DNA of 64,000 nucleotides, taken from positions 19,158,001 through 19,222,000 of the forward strand of contig NC_043003.1 of assembly GCF_006345805.1 (NCBI RefSeq), read 5' to 3'. Under the pieces are notes generated by a model. The model was not told the DNA's origin. It saw nothing but the letters and a program-made list of their open reading frames with translations, and did no database searches. A program made the translations under genes and the position numbers. This document shows, one piece after another, positions 37,189 to 50,100 of the stretch. Source of the DNA: Octopus sinensis (lineage: Eukaryota). Within the stretch, counting starts at the first letter, position 1; every line of letters begins with the position of its first letter.

Positions 37189-40100
37189 GTGTTTTTGAAA
37201 TGTTGATAAATACACCAACATTAAGCTTTCTAAAAAATTACTGAGCAGTTTTCATAAAGCAGTGAGTTAAAGGAAAATTGATAAAGAGGAATGTGGAGGA
37301 GTGGAGAAGGTTTGAAGAAAAAAAGGGGGTAAAATAAGAAAAGAGTTTAAAAGTAATCTTACTCTGTGTGTTGTTTTGTTGAGACACCTTTCCTGAAGTT
37401 GGATCATGTACTATAGGTATAGGTACCGGAGACAACACTGCAGTTGTTGTTATATTAGAAGGAAGGTGGTGATGGTGATGGTGATGTTCTGTGTGAGGAA
37501 TTACTCCATTGGGGTGCAAAATTGCTCCTGCTGCTATTGGACGGCTCTGATAGAAAGTGCCATCATAAGGGTATAGTGTCGGTGCTATAGTTAAATAAGG
37601 CATCTCCATACCTACAGCAATCGGAAACAGCAATCTATTTTAAATCTTGCAATTGATCAATACATTTGCTAAACTCCAATCAGTGCTAAAATATCAACAC
37701 TATCGTTCAATTATTTCTTTTGTATGCAATAAATCAGAGAATTCTCTAATTAGAAAAAGGCCTTCAATTAATTTTAAACTATATTCTCATCAAGACACAG
37801 GGGTGGCTGTATGGGTACAGAGTTCACTCTGTTACTATAAGGTCTATAGTTTAGTCCTTCTGCATGGCACCTTGGCCAAGTGTTTTCTACTGTAGCTTCA
37901 GGTCAATCAATGTCATGTGAGATTAGTAACTTGAAGATCCACCCACCACACACGATAGACTGGCGGTTGCATGGGCGCGAAAGCTACATTGTTATCCTCA
38001 TTCAGTAAACGGTGGCTTTTAACAGGTGGAGAGCTGAACCATCCTGGGGTACAGAGGATTCGCAATCTAGACTAGGGTCTGAAAGTTTACCACACCATAG
38101 TGGGTTACACCATGGTGCCTCTGCTTTGTGGCAGAAGTAGGAAGAAAGAGAGAGAGAAAGTTGTGGTGAAAGAGTACAGCAGGGTTCAACCCACACCCCA
38201 CCCCACCCCAAGGTGTTTTTGCTCAATAAACACTCACAATGCCTGGTCTGGGAATCGAAACCGCATTCTTACTACCGCAAGTCCGCTGCCTTAACCACTG
38301 GGCCATTGCACCTCCACTCATGTTGGTGTTGTCATTACTGTTGCTAGTTAGTATCGTCATTATGTTTTGACTTCTAAGTTTGTCTCCATACAGCATCACG
38401 TTATCATCTGTAAAGTCTAAAATTTCTAAAATTTAAACCTCAGCTTTATCCCATAATAACGATAACTTTGTTTTGATTGGCATTTTAAAAATAAACAAAA
38501 TAAAAATTATCAGAAAAAAAAAAAACGAAAAAGTAACAGGGTTATATTAATGAACAACAAAGATGGTTAACAACAAAAACAACATGTAACAGGTTCAATA
38601 TTAACAGTATTAGTGAATAAACTAAGAGGAATGGCAATTGTTGAGCTCTGTCCAAGTGAAAGCTGAACAGATTGTCACACAATACCCCATGTGATTCATG
38701 ACTGTATGTTGGAGTGTGCAGTATGGTTCTCAAGTCAAGCAAAAGCAGGTAGGTCGTGTTCAGTCATTTGGATGACAACCTGAATGTATCTGAACGACTG
38801 AGGACGACACTCAGATTATCTCAAATACCTGACATCTGCTTCTTTACAACTGACTTGAGGCTGCACATTGAAAGCAAGAACAAGTGCTGCCTCAAAAACA
38901 TTAACAAATAATACAACAAAAGCAGCAAAATGCTAACATTATACATAGAATATCTGCAAAATTTTTTACAAGTTTTACATATTTCAAAATACATTGATAC
39001 TTCAAATATGTGAATCCAGAGTATATTGGAAGAAGGTGGGCATTTATTTAGCTTTCTCTGTAAGAATATTTCTTAATACAACTATATTTAAGGCAGCAAG
39101 CTGGCAGAATCATTAGCATGCTGGGCAAAATGCTTTGCAAGCATTTCACCGTCTTTACGTTCTGAGTTCAAATTCCACCAATGTTGACTCTTTCATCCTT
39201 CCAGGATCAATAAAATAAGTACTAACTGAGCACTGGTCTCATCATTTATTGCAAGCCCACTCATCGTTATGGAGTAAGAAAATTTCCTTGTAACTGAATA
39301 AGAAAAATATCTACTTAATCTTTTTCTTGCAGCCTAAATCAGAACCAGCATTTAATCTCTATGGCAGAGGTTACCAACAGGAACTCTGTGATCTATAAGT
39401 GGTTTATTGAAGTGTTTATTGGACCTCAGACCTTTTCTAAAAAAGATTTCCAATTTAATATATTTGTGGGCCACTGAGTAACTGATGGCTTTTAGATAGT
39501 CTTTTGTATCATAATTTCTTTAACTTTTGCTTACATAAAACATTTCTAGTGACAGAAATGAGGTGAAGATAAATGGGATATTTTTAAATGCATCTCGTGA
39601 TATGGTATACATAGGGACCATGGGAAATGAAAGGGGGGAAACCCTTTCCAAAAGTGGGCCATTACAGAAAGAAGTTGTTGGTCCCTGTTCTATGGGAAAG
39701 GTGATCAAAAATATTTAAAAGCTCTTATTTGAGGCTGACTGTAAGAGTAGTCCCCCGTGCGACCCATGCTTTTGTGGGTCCCCATAGAATATTGAGACCA
39801 ACACTAGACTGCAGATCATTTGTAAATTATATATTGCTTTTGCACTCTTTACAGCAGTGTACTTTGCTTATACACAGTACCAGTTAGAGTTTAAGTGACT
39901 TGGTTATGAATACAGTGCAGTTTCTTCAACATGACATAAAACACTGACTCATTTGTTTAAAGATGTTGGTAGTAAGTCTCATTTTCAGATATGTACAAAT
40001 TCATATATATTATATATAATAAATACGCTTTTGAACATAAAACCCATACATATGTTTAAGTGACCTAAAACTTATAACTATTAATCGTTGCTATCTGCAA

Positions 40101-41122
40101 GTCTGAATACATGTCAACATTCAATATAATAGTAATATACCAATAAAAATAAAATATATCAAAAGAAATAAAATATCTTTCCGATAAAGTAAACATTAAC
40201 AATGGCAGCATTCGACAGGTAATAAATTAATATGAACACATTAGCTATTGAAAAACACTGCGACTTTCAGTTATTTTCTTCCATAGAAAAAGAACTATGT
40301 AGGATACAGAGAGGAGAAAGGATTCTCTATGTGGTCATTCAGCCTGTAAGAAACAGCAACCAAATCTCCCTCAAATCACAGGAAAAAAGAATGCATTTGA
40401 TAATGTGGTTCATTATACTAAGAAAACAGATAAAATGGCCTTGGCTGGAAAATTTAGAAATAGCAACTTAATTTCCCCCAAATTGTAGAAAAGAACACGT
40501 TGGATAATGTAGTCCAGGGTTTATTATGCGAAGGAAAAAGACAGGATGATCACAAGTGGAATGCCTTTGATCACAGATCCACTTGATCCAGGCTAACCTG
40601 GGGTTAAACAACAACAACTGGTAATTTAGGTGTAAACACCATAAAGCATTGTTGTATGATTCATTTAAGAAAAAAATTATAATCCTTTATGTTTTAATTG
40701 GATATTATATAGTCTTGTATTTTAACTAATTTAATCAGGTGTAGCTGTGTGGTTAAGAAGCTCACTTTGCAAATACATGGTTTCAAGTTCAGTCCCAGTG
40801 TGTGGCACCTTGGCCAAGTGTCTACTACTATAGCTCTGGGACGACTAATGCCTTTTGAGTAAATTCGGTAGATGGAAACTGTGGGGAAGCACATAGTGAA
40901 GAGGATGTCTTGGATCAACACTGTCATTACATTTGATGGGCTATCATAAGCGTGTATAGGTGTAGGAGTGGCTGTGTGGTAAGTAGCTTGCTTATGAACT
41001 ACATGGTTCTGGGTTCAGTCCCACTGTGTGGAATCCTTGAGCAAGTGACTTCTACTATAGCATCGGGCCAACCAAAGCCTTGTGAGTAGATTTGGTAGAC
41101 GGAAACTGAAAGAAGCCCATCG

Positions 41123-41168
<46 letters not shown>

Positions 41169-44100
41169 ATATATTATATATATATATATGTATATATATG
41201 TATGAGTGTGTGTATATATTTGTGTCTGTCCCCCCAACATTGCTTGACAACCGATGCTGGTGTGTTAACATCTCCGTAACTTAGCGGATCAGCAAAAGAG
41301 ACTGATAGAATAAGTACTAGGCTTACAAAGAATAAGTCCTGGGGTTGATGTACTCGACTAAAAGCGGTGCTCTAGCATGGCCACAGTCAAATGACTGAAA
41401 CAAGTAAAAGAGTATCTGTATGTATGTATGCATGTGTGTGCACTTGTGTTTGTTCCCCCTTTCCATCACTTGACAACTAGTGCAGGTTTGTTTGTGTCCC
41501 CAATAACTTAGTGATTTGGCAAAAGAGGCCAACGGAATAAGTACTAAACTTAAAAAAGAAACAAGTACTGAGGTCCATCCGTTTGGCTAGACCCTTCAAG
41601 ACAGAGCTACAGCATGGCAGCAGTCCAATGGCTAAAACAAGTAAAAGGTTACCACTTGTCACCGTTTATCAATTTACATTTGCTTTCCAAGCTGACATAA
41701 GTTGGAAAGGACATCACAGTCTGAGTTGTATTTTATTTGGGAGTTACTGCTCCCCTACACAGTTTGAAGGACACTGTCCCATTCATGTGCTTCATTCTTC
41801 TTTTTTTTCCTTTTGTAATTTTTTTCTGGCATTGCTTCTATGGTTGAATACCCAAACACCAACCATTTCACAAGAGTGTACTAAATGACAGCTTAGCTTA
41901 AAACACAAAATGAATAACAACTGAACTTGTAATCTACAACTACCACCACGCCTAATTTTGTCCAATGGTTAGCTATAGAATCTAGAATGTGTTGAGATAA
42001 ATTAATAATGATAATAATAATAATAATAATAGCAGCACTAAGACAGGACATGTGTGATACAGTAATTTCAGTTACTAAGTAAACTGATAACCTAGTTAGT
42101 GTATTTATTTATCTAATCTTTATAGTAAATTCAATGTCTATAGTCTGGTAAGGAGAACCTTGATTAGCAAAGCAACCTTTGTTATGATAATTCATAACAG
42201 CTTGACTTACACACTATGACTTAATATGTATACAAGTCACACTCGACTGGTTGAAGAAAAATCTTTTGTTTTTCAATTAATCCAACAAGCTTCAATGGTC
42301 CAGACGAGAAATGAAGAGAATTTAATTATTTATTAATTTCTTATTAGGCTATGAAGCTGTAATGTGCCTCAGTAGATCCATATACTAGTGCACAGCCTAT
42401 CAGCCAGAGACATAGGCAGGTACAGCACTAAGCACAAGATATATTTTTAACATAATATATAATCTAATTGTTACCTTATCGACACCTCAGAAGAAGTAAT
42501 AAAGTTCAAGTTAAACAATAAGAGATTAATAACAGAAGAATGTATGTTACTGTTCCTAATGTAAGGATGGGACGTGGTCAAGGAAAACATCAGGATCAGC
42601 AAATTTTGACTTTACACTACATTCTTGATCTCATTATTAATAAGCTGTCCTAGCTTTCACTTGAAAGTATTCACATTTTGTGTGGCTTTGACATCATCAG
42701 GCAAACCATTGTATGTAGAACAAGCAGCAAAATCTAACATTATTTATTTATTTATTTATCAGGAAAGTGAGTATTAGACAATCCAAATATCCAGTCTCTG
42801 GTGTTTGGCATGCTTATCTTTATCTTACTTGTTCAGTCATCTGACTGCAGCCATGCTGGAGCACCGCCTTTTAGTCGAGCAAATCAACCCCAGGACATAT
42901 TCTTTGTAAGCCTAGTAATTATTCTTGCAGTCTCTTTTGCCGATCAGCATCGGTTGTCAAGCGATGTTGGGGGGGTGACAAACACAGACAGACAAACACA
43001 CACATATATACAATGGGCTTCTTTCAGTTTCCGTCTACCAAATCCACTCACAAGGCTTTGGTCAGCCTGAGGCTATAGTAGAAGACACATTTATTTTTTC
43101 CTTGTTATTTGTGCACATTGAAAAAATATACATACATACACACAGACAATGGGTTTCTTTCAGTTTCTATCTACCAAATTAACTCATAAAAATTTGGTTG
43201 GCTTGAGGCTATAGTAAAAGACACTTGCCCAAGGTGAAACACAGTGGGACTGAACATAGAACCATGTGGTTAGGAAGCAAGCTTCTTACCACACAACCAT
43301 GCCTAAAAAAAAGTATGCAGTTGAGGGTAACTTATCAGCAATGAACCATATTTTTTGTTTATGGTTTTTAGGTGCCTTTGTTTTTGAGTAGGCACAGATA
43401 CCCTTTCAATCAATCCACTTTTAATCCAACAGAACATCCAGGATGTAATAGGAGGGAGAGAGGCCAGCACCAGCACAGGAGGTTGTACTTCATTCATTGA
43501 TACCAAAAGGATGACAAGCAGATCTGACCCTGGTAGGATTTGAACTTAGAGTGCAGAGAACTAGAACAAATATCATAATGCACTCTAACAACTTTTACTG
43601 ACCCCAAAACAATGAAAGGCAAAGTCAACCTTGGTGTGAATGCAAACATGGACAAAATGCCACTAAGCACTTTGTCCAGCATGCTAATGATTCTGCCAGC
43701 TTGTTACTTTAATGATGATGATGATGATGACGACAATGTCGATGATGCCTTTGGCTTTTTCCTATCCAAGGAGTTTTTTTTAACCCAATATCTAACATTA
43801 TTAAATATAGTTTTATCTACTTCTTTAAAAACAATTGATTTCATATCTCTTGAAATTTCTAAAATTCTTATGATGTGAATAATAGCAGTTTCCACTTTCG
43901 ATAAAGCCTAATCACATGACCAGAAATTGAGAATTATATGAAATAATCTAGAATTAACATGTAAGTAGTGGGAAAATTTAAGTTACCCATTTCTACCAGT
44001 TTTATTCATATCAAGACAGAATTTTTCCTATAAGATTAGATGGAGATCTGAAATAGAATGAGTTTACACAAGAATATGTTTCTTTGTCTAAAAATACACA

Positions 44101-47100
44101 ATCTTATCTTTTACTTGTTTAAGTCATTGGACTGCAGTCATGTTGGGGTACCACCTTGAAGGATTTAGCTCAGGAGTCCCCAAACTTTTTAGACCATTGA
44201 CCCCTTCATGGAATCCTTGACCCCACCTCATCGACCCCCTCCCACGCCATGCTTGTACAATCATTATCATCATCATCATCGTTTAACATCTGCTTTCCAT
44301 GCTAGCATGGGTTGGAAGATTTGACTGAGGACTGGCGAACCAGATGGCTGCACCAGACTCCGATCTGATCTGGCAGAGTTTCTACAGCTGGCTGCCCTTC
44401 CTAATGCCAGCTACTCCAAGAGTGTAGTGGGTACTTTTATGTGCCACCGGCACAAGGGCCAGTGCATTTATCAACCTCTTGAATAGTCCTATCGAACCTC
44501 AGGGGTCAATATTGACCACTTTGGAGAACCCTGGTTTAGTTGAACAAATCAACTTATGTCTGGTATTTATTTTATAGATCTCTTTCATTGAATTGCTAAG
44601 TTACAGGAATGAAAGCAAACCAACACCAGTTGTCAAGCAGTAGTGGGGAGGACACAAAAACACACACACATACCGTTACTTTCAACCAAATTCACTCCCG
44701 AGACATTAGTGGCTCAGGGCTAATAGTAGAAAATACTCATTTATACAAGCAAGGTTGATATTTCCTGTCTTCTGTGAAAAACATGTCTGACTAAGGAAAA
44801 ATATTACCTTGCTTGGAAATAGGTAGAAGATCAAATGAGGAAAAATTTTCATTGAACCCATGCAAACATGGAAAAATGGATGTTAAATTTTATAAAAGGC
44901 AACTCTTCACAATTTTCATGCCAACTGGCTCTACTCCTTACAACAAAATCCTACACTCTTGAATCTCATTTGACATTCTCAACATTTGCAAAAGCTCACA
45001 TACGTAAACATTGAAGAATTTAAATCTTCTTGGTCATTATGATTACTTATTTCCATAATGTATACAACCTTTTTGACAATAAAGGTGACACAGATGATAA
45101 GGTAAGATAAGATAAAATTTTTATCTCTGAGTTTGAAACTACAGTGTAGAAAAAATACTAACATCATTCAAAAAATATCTCCAATCACATGCGATATAAA
45201 TTTTCAATGAGTGAAGATAAAAACCAACTAAAACTTACACTTGAAGACTGAATCATGAAAATGATAACTCTCATGCACATGGTTATCGCTTACATGAAGA
45301 AATAATATATTTGTCCTCCTCCTCCTCTTCCTCATCATCGTTTAACGTCCGCTTTCCATGCTAGCATGGGTTGCACGATTTGACTGAGGTCTGGTGAACC
45401 AAATGGCTGCACCAGGCTCCAATCTGATCTGGAAGAGTTTCTACAGCTGGATGCCCTTCCTAACGCCAACCACTCTGAGAGTGTAGTGGATGCTTTTACG
45501 TACCACTGGCATGAGGGCCAGTCAGGCGGTACTGGCAAAGGCCACGTTCAAATGGTGTTTTTATGTGCCACCTACACAGGAGCCAGTCCAGCGACACTGG
45601 TAACGACCTCCATTCAATAAAACAATTTTATTTGGTTGTTCAACTCCTAAACACTATATTATCATGGCAATAATAAGCCACTATGCCTCCATTTCAAATA
45701 TCATCATGATTATTATCATCATTTAATATCCACTTTCCCATGCTTGCATGGTTCAGATGGAATTTGTTGAGGCAGATTTTCTACAGCCAAAACCCTTCCT
45801 GTCACCAAACTTGACCTGTTTCCAAGCAGGTGGCACATAAAAAAACACCATTTGAACATTTCTGTTGCTAGTACCACCTGACTGGTCCTCGTGCCGGTGG
45901 CATGTAAAAACACCCACTACACTCTCAGAGTGGTTGACGTTAGGAAGGGCATACAGCTGTAGAAACTCTGCCAGATCAGACTGGAGTCTGGTGCAGCTAT
46001 CTGGTTCACCAAACCTCAGTCAATCGTCCAACACATGCTAGCATGGAAAGCAGACACTAAACAATGATGATGATTTGTATAACAATACTTATTTACAACC
46101 ACCACATGATGTCTAGTCAAAGGTACAAACAATCACATATATATTATTACTAAATTCTGGTTTCAAATTTTAGCACAAAGCCAGCAATTCAGGGATGCAG
46201 GTAAGTTAATTACACTGACCCCAGTGCTTATTGACCCTAAAAGGATGTAATGCCAAGTTGAACTTGGTGGAACTTGAACTCAGGATGTAAAGACAGACAA
46301 AATGTTAAGCATTTTTCTCAGGGTGCTAATAATTCTGCTAGCACGCGACCTTAATATTACTAAATATTATAATCATTTTATCATGAAATGATAAAATACT
46401 GTGTTGTCAAATGAGAAGAATACACAATACTGTAATGCACCCAAGTGGTTCCATCTAATGTTAAATTTAAGGGACAGTCATCTTTGAACCCCAGGGGATT
46501 GCTAATGAATGTAATATACTTAACACTCAATCTTTCATCTATCAAGTTCTTGTTTACCTTACCTGGGACAAAGATACTCTTTTACTTGTTTCAGTCATTT
46601 GACTGCGGCCATGCTGGAGTACCGCCTTTAGTTGAGTAAATCGACCCCAAGACTTATTCTTTGTAAGCCTAGTACTTATTCTATCAGTCTCTTTTGCCGA
46701 ACTGCTAAGTTACGGGGACATAAACACACCAGCATCGGTTGTCAAGCGATGTTGGGGGACAAACACACACATACACACACACATATACGACAGGCTTCTT
46801 TCAGTTTCCGTCTACCAAATCCACTCACAAGGCTTTGGTCGGCCCGAGGCGGAGACTTGGCTATGTTGTTAAGAAGCTCACTTTACAATTATATGGTTTC
46901 AGGTTCAGTCCCATTACATGACACCTAGGGTGTCTTCTACTATATAACCTCAAGCCAAGAAAAACCTTGTGAAGCCCACTATGTAAAATTTAATGTGTGT
47001 CTTTGCATTTGTCTCTCTCCACCATTTAACCGGTGTTGGTTTGTTTACATCCCTGTAACTGAGTGGTTTGGCGAAAGAAACTGATAAAATAAGTATCAGA

Positions 47101-50100
47101 TTCAAAAATAGGTATGGTGATCAATTTATTTACCTAAACCCTTCAAAGCTGTGCCCCAGCATGGCTGCAGTCCAATGACAGACACAAGTAAAAGATAAAG
47201 ATATATATTTCAATAAACTTCAGCTAATAAAATTGAGATGGGACACTGTCAAGATTTCTGAGAAATTTCAAACAGCAATGTAGGTCTGTACACACATACA
47301 CACCAATTTATGCAGTCTGATAGAAACTGAAAGCAGAAATGCAAATAATATAGTTTTTTTTCTTCTTATTAATGATATAAACATAATTTTTCTTTCATGT
47401 ATATTTTTAGCCAGAGATTTGTGCTAAATCCTGTGACGGGACCAGAAAGTATATTTCATGAGATTTATAATGGTCACACACATAAAGCCCTCATCTTTAA
47501 TATCTCTCCTTAAAATATGGTAATATTCAATGTCATACATTACTGGAAGTAGGCAGTTTGTAGGCCATCTAACTAAATCTTAAACCTAACTACTGTATTT
47601 ATGTACATATATATTCTTACCACGTTCATTATGATAATATCTTAACTGTTCAAGAACATGTTCTGCAGCACAGATCTTCGCTTCCTCTATAGTACGGCTG
47701 AATACTCTTGGTTGCCATCCATTTGTATATGGTATATGAGAACCAGATAAACTAGATAGAGTGACCTACAAGAGAAAACGAAAAAATAAATAAGAAGCAA
47801 TTAATTAAATGACAGTAATAAATTTATTTGTTGAGAAGAGTAACTCCACTGATCTGAGTGTCCATTGTGAAAGAATTTGTATTATCTTTTATCTATTTCA
47901 ATTATGAGTTTTACATGACTGTGGCCATGCTGGGGCACTGCTTTGAAAAATTTTAAAGTCAAATGAATCAACCCCAGTACTTTTTTTTTTGTTTGCTTTA
48001 AGCCTGGTCCTTATTCTATCAGTCTCTGTTGCCGAACTGCTAAGTTATGGGGATGCAAACATACCAACATCAGTTGTGAGACGGTGGTGAGGGACAAACA
48101 GACACAAAGACACACACACGCACAGACATATATATACACAAACACACAGACACAATGGTCTTTTAGTTTCCTTCAACCAAATCCACTCACAAGGCTTTGG
48201 TAGTAGATGACATTTTCCCCAAGTACAAGTAATGGGATTGAACCTTGACCAGGTGGTTAGGAAGCAAACTTCTTACCACACAGCCACATCTGTGCCTTTT
48301 ATTTTTGTTTCGTTATTTTATGGCCAGGTCAGAGGAAGAAAGGGTTGTAATGCCATGACCCTTTTGCATGATCTCTAACACAGGTGAGAGAAAAGAAAGA
48401 AACAACTCACAGACAGGAGAACTAGTATAAATACTTGAGACAGAATGTGTTCTTTCAGTCTCTTGGCTCGACCACTAAGTCACAAAGAAGTAAACAAACC
48501 AACACCAGTTATCAAACAGTGGGGAGGGGACAAACATAAACACAATGACAAAGACACACACTACAACAGGTTTTCCATGTAGTTTGTCTACTAATGTTCA
48601 TTCACAAAACATTGGTTGGGTCTGGGCTATAGTAGAAGACACTCATTGAGACTGAACCAGAAAACACATGCATTCATATCTATTATATTATTGATGACAG
48701 ACAAAATTCATTTGGCAAGATTTGTACTCACAACATAAAAGGAACAGAACAAAATTTCAAAACAGTAAGTTCATGTGCTCAACGAAAATATTTTTCTTTT
48801 TATTAAAAACACAATTACCTTGAAAATATAACATAGATAACCATTGATATTGGTAGTTAATAGATGATAAATTGGCGTGCCCCATCCATTCTTTAAACAT
48901 ATATTCTCTAAAACCTGGAAACAGAAACAAAACAAAAAGCAGTAGATAATTAATTTTAAAATGGCAACGAAACAATGAGCCTAAAGGAGGTTCATAAATC
49001 TGATGTTTAGCTCCAGATCCAATAGTATTAAGCCAATGAGAAATGCGTTCCATCTTGAATAGGATGCCAATATCACAAGTAATATTAATCCTTTGGCATT
49101 CACATCTCTCTGTCAAAGGTAATTCTTATTTATCCACATTGTTTTGAATTTATAATGCATTATCTTGTAGCTTTGAGATTTCAAGGACAAGATTGTTTCT
49201 TTTTATATTGACATTGTAGGGTAGGTGCAAGAGGGTGGATCCGGCCTGTTTTAACATAACATAAAAGAGGCAGAATATTTTGGCCAGATATGGTCGGTCT
49301 AAATGCTAAAGATTTAATAGAGGAGAACTGAGGCGCAAAGACTCAGTAAAATACATAGAGCTAATACAAACTTTCCTTATTATTACTGAGCCCCTAGTTA
49401 GTCCTCACTGAATAGAATATCTTCATTTTTTCCTTTTTTAAGTCAAAAAATATCTTGAATCACATTATTCAGTGTCTTCCTTTCAAGATGATAGTAGTAG
49501 AATGTGATTGGTGTGGGGAGACTTTTCTGCTATATCTAGCAAACTGAATTTAATGACTTTACTCAAGAAATAGCACTGTCTTTTGGTAATAATCCAAACC
49601 CTCATTATTAGAAATTCTTAAATCCAAAATGTAAAATATAGTAAATAATAAGGCAAATAAATTATAGTTTTTGTTTTTTGCTGCCCTAGTCAATGCACAG
49701 TAGTAAACATTTAAACTTATTTAAGTAGGATTAGTGTCGTTTGAATTCTAAACTTTATTCTAAGTATAGATTAGCAGTTAGGATGTAGCACTCATGATTA
49801 TAAGATTTGAGGTTGATTCATAATATGAGTGGTGCATTGTCCACTTCTTCTTCATCACTAGGCTGACTTTCTATGGCTGGATGCCCTTCAGGTTCTTTTA
49901 CATATCTGTCAGTCCTGATGGTGGTGCAATATGTATAGATCACTGCTATTGTCATGTTACTTGTGATGACTCCAAGCTTAATTATTTTGTTACTTAATCT
50001 GACAATCTGAATTATTTTATCTATCCATTTGCCTTGAAACAATATGCATTCATTTGTCTGCCAACAATGTGCATGCCCCAATGATGTTGCTCACCTAGAA

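Noticed and set aside
37388-37611. Alternative shorter exon using donor AAG|gtgtct
   Set aside because: The site is weaker and its phase-0 exit does not fit the phase-1 terminal exon. The donor at 37362 does fit.
42600-42730. Coding-like minus-strand stretch (YNGLPDDVKATQNVNTFK)
   Set aside because: It matches the generic LINE ORF2 C-terminus, not the host gene.
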